Of a DNA stretch of 64,000 nt, positions 1-9,626 are shown one piece after another; the stretch's first letter is position 1, and every line of letters starts with the position of its first letter. The position numbers and the translations under genes were made by a program. Below the pieces are notes generated by a model. That model made no database searches, was not told the origin of the DNA, and worked only from the letters and a program-made list of their open reading frames with translations. The DNA comes from Candidatus Sumerlaeaceae bacterium (lineage in GTDB: Bacteria > Sumerlaeota > Sumerlaeia > Sumerlaeales > Sumerlaeaceae), in NCBI GenBank assembly GCA_051003195.1, contig JBPCLP010000013.1, positions 64,001-128,000 on the forward strand, given 5' to 3'.

Positions 1-279
1 GTATGTATGCAGGATTGGCAGAATCTGGACTCCGGCCTGCGCGGCACGCAGCACGGTATCATCCAGCGAGGCTGCTTCTTCTTCGTTGAAGCCGGTACGG
101 AAGAACTTCACGTTATTTGTGCCCAGCGCCTGGTAGTCTGAGGTCGCCATGCACGGCCCCCGCTCCCATGCATTCACGCCAATTGCGGGAACGTGCGTGA
201 GTGGATCATATGCCTGCCCCGACGTCGCTTGAAACGTGCAGAGCAATAGTACAACTGCAGAAAGTTTCACTTTAAACAT
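1..279 (-). CDS. Secreted protein, 5' part only (runs off the window start); possibly a TIM-barrel glycoside hydrolase
   Basis: My translation of the minus strand from ATG 279 is open to the edge: MFKVKLSAVVLLLCTFQATSGQAYDPLTHVPAIGVNAW...LGTNNVKFFRTGF...LDDTVLRAAQAGVQILPILH. It has a signal peptide. The 'GVN...R..F....LD..V..A...G..ILPIL' pattern recalls GH5/GH39-like N-termini. Not in the ORF track. Confidence 0.6.
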   Translation of the reverse strand, partial: MFKVKLSAVVLLLCTFQATSGQAYDPLTHVPAIGVNAWERGPCMATSDYQALGTNNVKFFRTGFNEEEAASLDDTVLRAAQAGVQILPILHTY

Positions 280-391
280 CCCCATCTGTTTGTGCAACGA
301 ACTGGGAAACGCGGGCGGTGTAAAGCATGAAAGCTGCAAAGCCATCCCCAGCGATGGCACACAGATACCGTCTTGACTGAAAAGCCAGGCT

Positions 392-1645
392 GTGGATGCT
401 GTACTCATGATAACGCTGGAACCACTTTCCACGGTCGCATCCGCAGTCGAAATTCGACGTCACTTTCCTGCGCTGGAGCGTACCGTGGCCGGCCAGTCAG
501 TCGCTTACTTTGACGGGCCTGGTGGCACACAGGTGCCGCGCGTTGTTGGCAACGCCATGCTCGACTACATGTACCATCACAACGCGAATACGCACTGGAA
601 CTACCCGTCCAGCGCCGAGACGGACCAGGCGCTGATGAGTGCTCGGCAGGCGATGGCCGATTTTGTCAATGCCACACCGGATGAGATCGCTTTTGGCGCC
701 AATATGACGACGCTGACATTCCACATTTCCCGCGCGTTGAGCCGGGAATGGGGCCCTGGTGATGAGGTGGTTGTAACTGAGCTGGACCATCATGCCAACG
801 TTGACCCCTGGCAGCGGCTGGCAGCGGAGCGCGGGGTAATCGTTCACAAGGCAAAAATGCTGGCGGACACAGGGCAGCTTGACTGGGCGGATCTTGAGCG
901 ACTAGTCACCCCACGCACAAGGCTGCTGGCGCTGGGCGGTGCATCTAATGCGCTCGGCACGATCAACGATTTGCCGCGCGCTGCAAGTCTTGCACACTCC
1001 GTCGGTGCGTTGGTCTTCGTGGATGCAGTCCATTACGCGCCCCACGCGCTGGTCGATGTGCGAGCCCTCGACTGCGACTTACTGTGTTGCTCGGCCTACA
1101 AATTCTACGGCCCGCATATCGCAATGATGTACGGGCGGCGCGAAGTATTCGAGAAGATCGATTTCCCAAAGCTGCTTCCTGCGCCATCGGTTGTACCGGA
1201 AATTGCCGAGACAGGGACGCTGAACCACGAAGGCATTGTTGGTGCGGCTGCCGCCGTTGATTTTCTCGCGTCGCTTGGGCAGGGCATCACCAGACGCACA
1301 CGGCTTCAGGTTGCTTTCGGTGAGTTGCACCAGCGCGGCGTTGATCTGCTCACGCAACTCTGGCAGGGTCTGTCCGGCATTGAGAACGTACGGCTATTTG
1401 GTCCCGATCCATCGCAACCGCGTACGCCGACGGTAGCGTTCATTGTAGCAGGTCTCACATCCGCAGAAGTGAGCAGCTACCTTTCACGCAAGGGGCTGTT
1501 TTTGTCCCACGGTGACTTCTACGCTCAAACTGTAATTGATCGCCTTGGCCAGCAACCTGGAGGAATCGTGCGCGCAGGCTGCGCATGTTACGCCACCAGT
1601 GAGGAAGTGGATCGTCTTATCGCCGGTGTCCGGGAACTCGGGTAG
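392..1645 (+). CDS. Cysteine desulfurase-like PLP enzyme (aminotransferase class V, VC1184-type)
   Basis: YFDGPGGTQVP, ELDHHANVDPW, VDAVHYAPH and the PLP-lysine motif CSAYKFYGPH. The start could be ATG 407. Confidence 0.9.
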   Translation: MDAVLMITLEPLSTVASAVEIRRHFPALERTVAGQSVAYFDGPGGTQVPRVVGNAMLDYMYHHNANTHWNYPSSAETDQALMSARQAMADFVNATPDEIAFGANMTTLTFHISRALSREWGPGDEVVVTELDHHANVDPWQRLAAERGVIVHKAKMLADTGQLDWADLERLVTPRTRLLALGGASNALGTINDLPRAASLAHSVGALVFVDAVHYAPHALVDVRALDCDLLCCSAYKFYGPHIAMMYGRREVFEKIDFPKLLPAPSVVPEIAETGTLNHEGIVGAAAAVDFLASLGQGITRRTRLQVAFGELHQRGVDLLTQLWQGLSGIENVRLFGPDPSQPRTPTVAFIVAGLTSAEVSSYLSRKGLFLSHGDFYAQTVIDRLGQQPGGIVRAGCACYATSEEVDRLIAGVRELG

Positions 1646-1648
1646 CGA

Positions 1649-1993
1649 TCAGTCCACTTGCCACCCGGTAACCGCCACTGGGACCGGCTGAACAAACGTA
1701 AGCTTTATTGCGTCCATGCTGAAGCGTTCCGTGGAACTCGAAGTCGGGTAGTTATTTGTGATACGAATCGTTCCACTCGTGCCGGCGGCAAATTTCAGGC
1801 TGCTGCCGATCAGGTACCATTGATCCGGCAGCCCTGTGTTCTGATAACTCAGCGAGAACGTGCCGGTTGCGACTCCGCCGTCGTGGGTTATCGTGTACAC
1901 GGCGCCGGGTGAGTGGTTGTTCGGACCTTTGGTTGCGCTGGGCAACGTGATGTAAACGTTGTAGAACCCACGTGCCTTGAAACATTGAATGCA
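1649..1993 (-). pseudogene. N-terminally truncated golvesin/CBM-like beta-sandwich fragment with C-terminal V-x-G-W-x-x-D tail
   Basis: The frame is open 1993->1649 (..GFYNVYITLP...AVYTITHDGG...DQWYLIG..LKFAAG...IRITN...MDAIKL..PVAVTGWQVD). An in-frame TAA lies at 1994-1996, and there is no signal peptide or plausible upstream start. Confidence 0.55.
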
Positions 1994-2100
1994 TTAGCAG
2001 CGTGCGCAAACTCCGCATCAGTTCGCCCTTTCGAATCGGCACATCTGCCTACTGGCCGAACTTAATGAAATTCAAACGGGAAAAAGCCCAGCGCCTGACT

Positions 2101-3009
2101 CTAAGGAACGATTTGCGTTCCGATGCCGTGGTCAGTGAAGAGCTCGAGCAGGAGCGAATGAGGCTGGCGTCCGTCGAGGATGTGCGTTTTTTTAGCACCC
2201 GCGGTGAGCGCGCTGAGGCAGGCGCGGACCTTCGGAATCATGCCGCCTTCAATGATGCCCTGCTGGATAAGCACTTCAACTTCGCCTTTGCGCATGGAGT
2301 TAATCAGGCTGGCGTCGTCGTTGCGATCGCGCAGGACACCTTTAACATCGGTCAGCAGGATAAACTTGTCTGCCTGCAGAGCGCCGGCAATTGCAGCGGC
2401 CGCCGTATCGGCATTGATGTTATACGTCTGGCCTGACGCGTCAACGCCCAGTGGCGAGATTACGGGGACGATGTCATTCTTCTCAAATATCCGAATGATA
2501 TCAGGCGTGATGGATTCCACTTCCCCAACAAAGCCGATGTCCGCGGGTTTGGCATCCGGCGCCGACTGATGGTAGAGTTTTTTCGCGGTAATTAGACCCA
2601 TGTCCTTACCTGTGATGCCAACTGCACGCACGCCGGCCTCGTTAAGCGCGAGCACGATTTCAGAACTAATCCTTCCGGCAAGGACCATTTGCGCGACATC
2701 CAGGGTTTCTTCGTCCGTGACCCGCTGGCCGTCGATGAAGGTCGACTGGACACCCAGCTTTTTTAAATGCGCCGTGATTTCGGGACCGCCGCCGTGCACC
2801 ACCACGGGGTTCATGCCGACGACGTGCATGAGAGCGAGGTCCTGGATGATGAGTTGCTTGAGCTCCGGGTTTACCATCGCGTGGCCGCCGTACTTGATGA
2901 CGACGGTCGCGCCGCGGAATTTGCGAATGTATGGCAGTGCCTCGACGAGCACCTGCGAGCGCTCGATCAGTTTCTCGATGGACAGTTTGCGAAGATCTTC
3001 AGAGTTCAT
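2101..3009 (-). CDS. argB: Acetylglutamate kinase
   Basis: VVIKYGGHAM, VVHGGGPEI, YNINADTAA and GGMIPKV motifs. Confidence 0.97.
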   Translation of the reverse strand: MNSEDLRKLSIEKLIERSQVLVEALPYIRKFRGATVVIKYGGHAMVNPELKQLIIQDLALMHVVGMNPVVVHGGGPEITAHLKKLGVQSTFIDGQRVTDEETLDVAQMVLAGRISSEIVLALNEAGVRAVGITGKDMGLITAKKLYHQSAPDAKPADIGFVGEVESITPDIIRIFEKNDIVPVISPLGVDASGQTYNINADTAAAAIAGALQADKFILLTDVKGVLRDRNDDASLINSMRKGEVEVLIQQGIIEGGMIPKVRACLSALTAGAKKTHILDGRQPHSLLLELFTDHGIGTQIVP

Positions 3010-3180
3010 GGTTCAGCCGAGTAATAAGGTATTTCCGCAGTGGCGCAAGCAGATTACAAGGGTGTTCATTTCTGCTGCGGGCAGCTCACCCAGGATCGCG
3101 GACACGCTGAATGAGCACCCGACAGCAAACAGGTAAGCGCGGTGTGGTCCTGCAATACTGTGCAACAAGCGCCTAAGCGT

Positions 3181-4419
3181 CTACGAGTACCAGTCGATGA
3201 ACTTCTTAAAATTGTAGACCAGCTTCGAGAAGACGTTACCGTTGGAATAGTAGGACGCATTGGTTGGCTCAGCGGTGAGGCCGTGAACAACCAGGCCAAT
3301 GCCGGTGCTGTAGATGGGTGAGCTGACAATACCGCTCATTCCTTTGAGGCCCTGCGGGATGCCGACTTTCGAAGGCATTTCGAATAACCGCTCAGCCAGT
3401 TCGGCTATGCCGTGCATCAGGCTTGTGCCACCGGTGAGCACTACCCCGCCGTAGATGCGGTTGCGCACAGGTGAAGCATCCACCATCTGTTTGGCCATCA
3501 TGAAAATCTGCTCGAGGCGCGCCTCAGCGATTTCGCACAGGAAACGGCGGTTGGCTGCCACACGCGAATTTTTCAACACGTCGCTCACCTCGATGACTTC
3601 ATCCGCATCCACGCTATCGACGAGTGCACTCGCGTATTTCTTCTTCACGTTCTCAGCATCGTAGCGCGAAATCTTGAGACCGTAAGCGATGTCGTTCGTG
3701 ATGGAATCGCCGCCCAGCGGTATGACACCCGAAAACTTCACACTTCCGCCCGTGAAGACGGCGACGTCGCTGGTACCGCCGCCGATGTCGATTAGCAGAA
3801 CGCCGAGATCTTTCTCGTTCTCGCTCAGAATTGCCAGGGCACTGGCAAGTGACTCGAGAAGAATGTCCCGCGTGCGCAGGCCAGCCAGGTTGATGCAACG
3901 CACAATGTTCGATGCGGAGGTGATGGCGGCAAGCACCAGATGCACCCGCGCTTCCAGGGTCGAGCAGCTCATGCCGATCGGGTTCTTGATACCCAGCTGG
4001 CCGTCACACACGTATTCCTGCGGGATTGCATGGATAATCTCGATGTCTTTCGGCACCGTGATGTTACGTGCCTTCTCAAGCACACGCTGGCGGTCGAGCT
4101 CGTTCACGCCGCGAACAGGGTTCTGCACCTCGACAACTCCGCGGCTGTTCTGGCTGGTGATGTGTCCGCCGGCGATGCCTACAAATACCTCGCGGATTTC
4201 CACGTCGGCCATCTGCTCAGCTTTGTTCACGGCCTTCTGGATCGAGACCACGGTCTCTTCAATGTCGACGACCATGCCCTTCTTCAACCCCTGGCTTGGA
4301 TGGCTGCCGACACCGAGCACCGTGACCTGGCCATTATCATCGAGCTGGCCTATGATCGCGCAGATTTTTGTCGTGCCTATGTCCAGCCCGGAAATAAACT
4401 TCTGCCGCTTCTTGCGCAT
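3181..4419 (-). CDS. ftsA: Cell division protein FtsA
   Basis: GLDIGTTKI, LIDIGGGTSD and GVVLTGGTS actin-like motifs. Start set at ATG 4419, just after the ftsQ stop (ATG 4473 is an alternative). Confidence 0.96.
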   Translation of the reverse strand: MRKKRQKFISGLDIGTTKICAIIGQLDDNGQVTVLGVGSHPSQGLKKGMVVDIEETVVSIQKAVNKAEQMADVEIREVFVGIAGGHITSQNSRGVVEVQNPVRGVNELDRQRVLEKARNITVPKDIEIIHAIPQEYVCDGQLGIKNPIGMSCSTLEARVHLVLAAITSASNIVRCINLAGLRTRDILLESLASALAILSENEKDLGVLLIDIGGGTSDVAVFTGGSVKFSGVIPLGGDSITNDIAYGLKISRYDAENVKKKYASALVDSVDADEVIEVSDVLKNSRVAANRRFLCEIAEARLEQIFMMAKQMVDASPVRNRIYGGVVLTGGTSLMHGIAELAERLFEMPSKVGIPQGLKGMSGIVSSPIYSTGIGLVVHGLTAEPTNASYYSNGNVFSKLVYNFKKFIDWYS

Positions 4420-4438
4420 GCTCGCTGGCCGCTGCGCT

Positions 4439-5572
4439 CTAGCGGACGACGGCGCTGTTGGCGCTGTCGACATTGTACTGTTCCACACCTGTGTTCTGTT
4501 TTCCGCTTCGAGTGTTGGGCTGGTCATCGCGTGACTTGGAAAGCGAATCGGGTGCTTTCGTTCCGCTTTGCCTGTTGTTTGAAGGTTTTTCCGACGGCAG
4601 GGATTGCGGCGGCGGTTCAACATCCACCTGCTCGAGTACGCCCGCTTCCAGGCCAACTGCGGTGTCGCGGTCCATGTGAAACACGCGATCTTTGAACCGC
4701 AGATCGACATAGTGCATCTTGTAAGGGTCCTGTCCCTTCTCTCGCACTGTGTTCGCCCACACTTCAAATGCGGGAAGCATTTCAATCGGATTGTTGTCGC
4801 CGAAGCGGACTTCCATTCCACCCAGCAGTATCGCCGTAATGCTTTCCAGGTGCGAAATCGCATCGCTGGAAATTTGCACTTCGGATAGTTTTGAGTACAG
4901 CTCGGGGTTCTTCTCTTTGACCAGGTGTGTCAAGTCCAGGGCCTTGTAAAGGTGCGGGTTGTAGATCTTTTCGCCGACCTGCACGTCATCGGCCGGAATG
5001 CCACTGATACAAGGATAATCTTTGTCTTTGATGGTGGCGTTGTTGAGACGCTCCATCACGTGACCGTCCCAATCCATGAGATATATCGCGTTACCCGCCG
5101 ATAGTAGCGCCCCCGGCTCGCGTTCAGCTGCCTGCACAACGAGCGTATCCGGGTAGACTTTTTTAAGGTCCAGTTCGCGAATTCGCGGGTGGCGTTGGAG
5201 CAATGCGGTCAGGTCCGACATGTTGACACGCAGGATGTTGCGCTTGCTTCCCTCAAGGGCAGTTTTAATCAGTTCGGAAATCTCTGCGCGCACGGGTTCA
5301 GACACGCCGGATATCTCAACTTTCCCTAATTGAAAGTAAGGCGTCCGGAGAAAAAAATCGTAGGAGGCATGGCCGACTGCCAACAGCACGAGCACAATGC
5401 CAACCGTGTAAAAAAACTGCAATAGACGTCGACGCAAGACGCGCCCTCGGCGAGAAATAAGCCGGGCGCCGGCGCGCTGCTTGAGTACCATCGGCTGTGG
5501 CCGCGGGAAATCCCCACGGTCCACCGGAGCGGCGCCTGCGGTTCTGGACTTCAAAACTTTTTTACTCCTCAC
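4439..5572 (-). CDS. ftsQ: Cell division protein FtsQ/DivIB (POTRA domain)
   Basis: Basic N-tail, single TM, POTRA-like HPRI...KKVYPDTLVV..ERE, C-terminal YVDLRF; lies directly upstream of ftsA. Confidence 0.85.
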   Translation of the reverse strand: MRSKKVLKSRTAGAAPVDRGDFPRPQPMVLKQRAGARLISRRGRVLRRRLLQFFYTVGIVLVLLAVGHASYDFFLRTPYFQLGKVEISGVSEPVRAEISELIKTALEGSKRNILRVNMSDLTALLQRHPRIRELDLKKVYPDTLVVQAAEREPGALLSAGNAIYLMDWDGHVMERLNNATIKDKDYPCISGIPADDVQVGEKIYNPHLYKALDLTHLVKEKNPELYSKLSEVQISSDAISHLESITAILLGGMEVRFGDNNPIEMLPAFEVWANTVREKGQDPYKMHYVDLRFKDRVFHMDRDTAVGLEAGVLEQVDVEPPPQSLPSEKPSNNRQSGTKAPDSLSKSRDDQPNTRSGKQNTGVEQYNVDSANSAVVR

Positions 5573-5689
5573 TTAGTGCGCAAACAGAAACCGATGATAT
5601 CTGCCGAGGTGCCGGCCGTTAGATGTCGTGCCTGCTTCATTTGCCCACGGGTGCAGTGCCTGCGCGCGTGAGCGCCTGTTTGCAACAGC

Positions 5690-7174
5690 TTATTTGGCCG
5701 GCGAGGCAAGAGGGCTATCGGATTTTGGCGGGCGATTGAAGGCCCACTTGAGCGCCGGTGGCGTGATCATTGTGGTTACGACGACCATGATGACGGTGGC
5801 CGCAAAGGTGTTGTCGCTGATGACGGGATGGCCATCCGCTGTTTTCATGGAGCGGCCAACGGTGGCGACGATGAGACCGACTTCGCCGCGTGGCACCATG
5901 CCGATGCCAATGGCGAGACGATTCAGCCCGCCTTTCGCGCGGACGCCAAATGCGCAGATCTGTTTGCCAATAATCGCGCAAAAGGTGAGCGCGCCGGCAA
6001 ACCCAAGGATGGCTGGATTTGCGAAGTACTCCAGGTGCACATTCATTCCCGTGTAGACAAAAAACACGGGCACAAGAAAGGCAGTAATGGGCCTTAGCAG
6101 ATCTTCCAGCTGCGCCTCACGCCCGTGCCAGTCCTCGAAAGTCGCATCCTCCAGCACCAGCCCGGCAGCGAAGGCACCCACGATAGGCGCAACGCCCACA
6201 AGCGTGCCGACATAAGCTACCAGGAAGCACCACCCAAGCGTCAGCGACAGCAGTACTCCCTGCACCCGAAGGTATGTGGCCGCATGGTAGAGTCTACGTG
6301 AAACAAGTACGCCTACGACGATAGCACAGATGAAAAATCCGACCGCTTTGGCAATGATCAGGACAATTGAGCCCACGGCGAGAGTTCGGCCCTCATTGTT
6401 GGCGATCACAACGCCCTGCGCAACCGCCAGCACCACCAGTCCGAGAATATCATCGATCACTGCCGCCCCGAGGATGATCTTGGCTTCGCGACGTTCCATC
6501 TGGTGGAGATCGCGCAACACGCGCGCAGTGATGCCGACACTGGTGGCCGCCATCACGGCGCCAAGGAACAGGTGCACGGTCCATGACTCGTGGGGCAGGA
6601 ACCAGTTCCCGACGAGGAACCCCAGACCGATGGGGGCAACCACACCGAGCACAGCAACGACAAAGCTGGAAAGCCCGACCGAGACCATTTCGCGCACTGT
6701 GGATTCCAGGCCGACTTCGAACAGCAGCAGTATGACGCCGATCTCCGAGAGCACAGTGATGAAGATGAGGACTTCAGGATCGTGCAAGAGCCGGTTAAGA
6801 AAATCGCCGATACCGGGAATGTGCAGCAAGGCGAGATTGCCAAGCAGGATGCCGAAGATGAGCTCGCCGAGCACGGCAGGCTGGCCAATGCGCTCGAGGA
6901 GATCGCCGCCGAGCTTCGCGACGATCAGCATGATCAGCAGTACAAGCAGAACCTTGGGAAGCGTGTTGTGGGCTTCGCTTTGCGCCGTCTGCGTGGCTTT
7001 CACAGTGTGGGATGTGCCGCTGCCAGCTACATTCGCCTGCTCCGCGCTCGTCGAAGCAATTGTTCCAGTAGTGTGTTCGGCGACCTTTTCCGGCACCGCC
7101 CGTCCCACCCCCAGCACAAAGTATACAAGCGCGACAAATCCGGCAATAAGCAAGGCGCGGAGTTTACGGTTCAT
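5690..7174 (-). CDS. Cation:proton antiporter (CPA2/NapA-like)
   Basis: About 12 hydrophobic segments; QPAVLGEL, ATSVGITARVL, AAVIDDILG and GMVPRGEVG motifs. Confidence 0.92.
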   Translation of the reverse strand: MNRKLRALLIAGFVALVYFVLGVGRAVPEKVAEHTTGTIASTSAEQANVAGSGTSHTVKATQTAQSEAHNTLPKVLLVLLIMLIVAKLGGDLLERIGQPAVLGELIFGILLGNLALLHIPGIGDFLNRLLHDPEVLIFITVLSEIGVILLLFEVGLESTVREMVSVGLSSFVVAVLGVVAPIGLGFLVGNWFLPHESWTVHLFLGAVMAATSVGITARVLRDLHQMERREAKIILGAAVIDDILGLVVLAVAQGVVIANNEGRTLAVGSIVLIIAKAVGFFICAIVVGVLVSRRLYHAATYLRVQGVLLSLTLGWCFLVAYVGTLVGVAPIVGAFAAGLVLEDATFEDWHGREAQLEDLLRPITAFLVPVFFVYTGMNVHLEYFANPAILGFAGALTFCAIIGKQICAFGVRAKGGLNRLAIGIGMVPRGEVGLIVATVGRSMKTADGHPVISDNTFAATVIMVVVTTMITPPALKWAFNRPPKSDSPLASPAK

Positions 7175-7332
7175 GTGGTTGTTCGCTCACGAGGCAAGAC
7201 TGATAAACGATACAGAACGGACGCAAGGGTTCTCGCTAGGTGCCGTCGGCAGATTGCTTACGCAGCCGCTCACAATTCTGCGGCGAATAAGCGGGTGGTA
7301 GCCTTGGTTTAATGCCTTGCGGTTTATGCAGT

Positions 7333-7417
7333 GCGGGCGTGGCGGAACTGGCAGACGCGCCAGACTTAGGATCTGGTTCCGTAAGGAGTGGGGGTTCAAG
7401 TCCCTTCGCCCGCACCA
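7333..7417 (+). tRNA. tRNA-Leu (anticodon TAG)
   Basis: Acceptor stem GCGGGCG/CGCCCGC plus ACCA; anticodon arm CCAGA-CTTAGGA-TCTGG; long variable arm; GGTTCAAGTCC T-loop. Confidence 0.97.
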
Positions 7418-7470
7418 ACCGCTGGATTTAACGTAAGTATCCGCGATGAAGCCAGAACTGCGACCCGCCC

Positions 7471-8532
7471 CTACACGCGACCTTCGAACCCGTGATAGAT
7501 TTCTTCAAGGAGGCGGCGGATGTCGTAATCGTATTTCCATTCCGGATAGTGCTGCTGAAATTTGCGCACATCGCTCACCCACCAGATGTGGTCGCCGCTG
7601 CGCGCGTCGTCGACATAGGTCGTCACGGCTTTTTTGCCGGTGATTTCTTCGCCCATACGAATGGCCTCGGCCATACTGCAGTTGCTGTGCCGGCTGCCGC
7701 CGATGTTGTACACCTCGCCGACCCGGGGAGACTTGAAGAATTCGTGGAAGGCATTAACGAGGTCGCTGCTGTGGATGTTGTCGCGCACCTGTTTGCCAAG
7801 ATACCCGAAGATGCGGTACTCGCGACCCGTCATGATGCACTTCATCAAATAGGAAAGAAACCCGTGCAGTTCTGCGCCGGAGTGACCGGGACCCGTGAGA
7901 CAGCCGCCGCGGAATATCGCCGTCTTCATATCGAAATACCGGCCGTATTCCTGCACCATGACATCAGCGGCCACTTTGGACGCACCGAACACGGAGTGCT
8001 TGGATTGGTCGATGGTCATGTGCTCGTCGATGCCATGCAGCGCGTAGGGGTGTGACGGCTCAATCTCCCAACGCTCTTCCAGCTCAATGAGCGGCAGGTT
8101 GTTTGGGGTATCGCCGTAGACTTTGTTGGTCGAGGTGAAGATGAACGGCGCGTTGGGCGCCAGCAGCCGGGTGAGCTCAAGCACATGCAGCGTGCCCGTG
8201 GCATTCACTCCGAAATCCGTCAGAGGTTCGCGGGCGGCCCAGTCATGGCTGGGTTGCGCCGCCGTGTGAACGACGAGCGCGATCTCGCCGGAGTATTGCT
8301 GGAAGATGCGTGTGAGCGCCGGGTAATCGCGGATGTCCGCGGAGTGGTGCTGGAAATTTGGCAGCTCCGATTTCAGGCGTTCGCAGGCCCATTGTGTCGA
8401 GGCTTCGGCACCGAAGAAGTACGAGCGCATGTCGTTGTCGATACCAACGATAGTGTGGCCTTCGCGCGCGAAACGCCGCACGGTCTCGGCGCCAATAAGG
8501 CCGGACGACCCGGTGACGATGATGACGGACAT
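7471..8532 (-). CDS. NAD-dependent nucleotide-sugar epimerase/dehydratase (CDP-paratose 2-epimerase-like)
   Basis: TGSSGLIG Rossmann motif, [24 protein letters not shown] and GKQVRDNIH. Confidence 0.9.
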   Translation of the reverse strand: MSVIIVTGSSGLIGAETVRRFAREGHTIVGIDNDMRSYFFGAEASTQWACERLKSELPNFQHHSADIRDYPALTRIFQQYSGEIALVVHTAAQPSHDWAAREPLTDFGVNATGTLHVLELTRLLAPNAPFIFTSTNKVYGDTPNNLPLIELEERWEIEPSHPYALHGIDEHMTIDQSKHSVFGASKVAADVMVQEYGRYFDMKTAIFRGGCLTGPGHSGAELHGFLSYLMKCIMTGREYRIFGYLGKQVRDNIHSSDLVNAFHEFFKSPRVGEVYNIGGSRHSNCSMAEAIRMGEEITGKKAVTTYVDDARSGDHIWWVSDVRKFQQHYPEWKYDYDIRRLLEEIYHGFEGRV

Positions 8533-8535
8533 GGA

Positions 8536-9396
8536 CTAGCTGGACGAACCAGAGGAGCTGACGAGTTGCCTTTCCGAATAAAGCAGCGGAAAGAACTCAC
8601 CTGCAAAAGGATCGCCGTCGTCGCCGCGCAGAAGCAGCGAGTTCATGTGCTCTTCGCTCGGGCTGTTTTTGCGGTATCGGCATTTTCCGTCCATCATATG
8701 GACAACAAGGCTTCGGCGTGGCTTATCGGTCTGGTTCGCGCCGCTCCCGTGGATGGTGAGGCTGTGGTGAAAACTGAGGTGTCCGGCTTTGGGGACGCAC
8801 GGAACGATTTCCAGCTTGTCGCCTTCAGGAATCTTGATCTGGTCCTGGATGTTGTCGATGTTCGTATTGAAAAAGTCATTCTCGTTCATCATGCCCCAGC
8901 GGTGGCTGCGCGCCACCACCATCATTGCCCCGTTCTCAACAGTAACATCGTCAAACGCCACCCACGCAGTGAGCATGTTTGGGCTGTCGCAGCATTGCCA
9001 GTAGTAGTAGTCCTGGTGCCAGCCCACATTGCCACTCGCTTTTCCGCCGCCGGGTTTGTACAGCAACTGGTCGTGCCAGAGCCGGACCTGGTCGGTGCGG
9101 GCAAGCCTTGCCGCCATTGCGCCGATGGTTTCATCGAGCGCAAGTTCACGCAATGACAGGCTGCTCCAGTGGCAATTATCCATTTTCCGGAGCGCCTTCG
9201 GGTCGTCACCGGGCTTCCAGTTCGAACTCCAGGGCGGAGTCCCGGTTTCATATTCGCAATTGTAAACGCGGTCCATGGCTGCGCGATACTTCTCGAGGCG
9301 TTCATCCGAGACCACTTTTGGCCCGAACCAGTACCCATTCTCTTCAAAGAACCGCACGTCTTCCTCGGTCGGAAGCGCGGAAAGATCGATAGACAT
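8536..9396 (-). CDS. Phytanoyl-CoA dioxygenase (PhyH) family Fe/2OG dioxygenase
   Basis: WHQD (HxD), distal HGS..N and R motifs. A strong SD (AGGAGG) before ATG 9396 fixes the start. Confidence 0.88.
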   Translation of the reverse strand: MSIDLSALPTEEDVRFFEENGYWFGPKVVSDERLEKYRAAMDRVYNCEYETGTPPWSSNWKPGDDPKALRKMDNCHWSSLSLRELALDETIGAMAARLARTDQVRLWHDQLLYKPGGGKASGNVGWHQDYYYWQCCDSPNMLTAWVAFDDVTVENGAMMVVARSHRWGMMNENDFFNTNIDNIQDQIKIPEGDKLEIVPCVPKAGHLSFHHSLTIHGSGANQTDKPRRSLVVHMMDGKCRYRKNSPSEEHMNSLLLRGDDGDPFAGEFFPLLYSERQLVSSSGSSS

Positions 9397-9626
9397 TTTT
9401 TCTTCCTCCTGTTGCGGAGTAACGAGGTTGGGCATTGCACGATTTCGATTGGCGGGTGGCGTGAAACATCCCGGAAATTTACAATGCTTTATGGGCGAGT
9501 GGCATGCGGCCGAAAGCAATGCAATAGGGAAGCGAACTCTCCAGTATGACGTTGCATCCCCTCGCACAACAGACATTCCTGTTTATCCAAATGCTGCCCA
9601 CTGCACAAATACAGTAACCCCACGCC

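Noticed and set aside
4420..4863. N-terminal 147-aa extension of FtsA in the ORF track (560 aa)
   Set aside because: It overlaps the ftsQ coding region in another frame; FtsA homology starts at MRKKRQKFISGLDIG.
7333..9396. Genomic island integrated at tRNA-Leu
   Set aside because: No integrase is nearby and I saw no duplicate of the tRNA 3' end in the window; the flanking genes look like ordinary metabolism.
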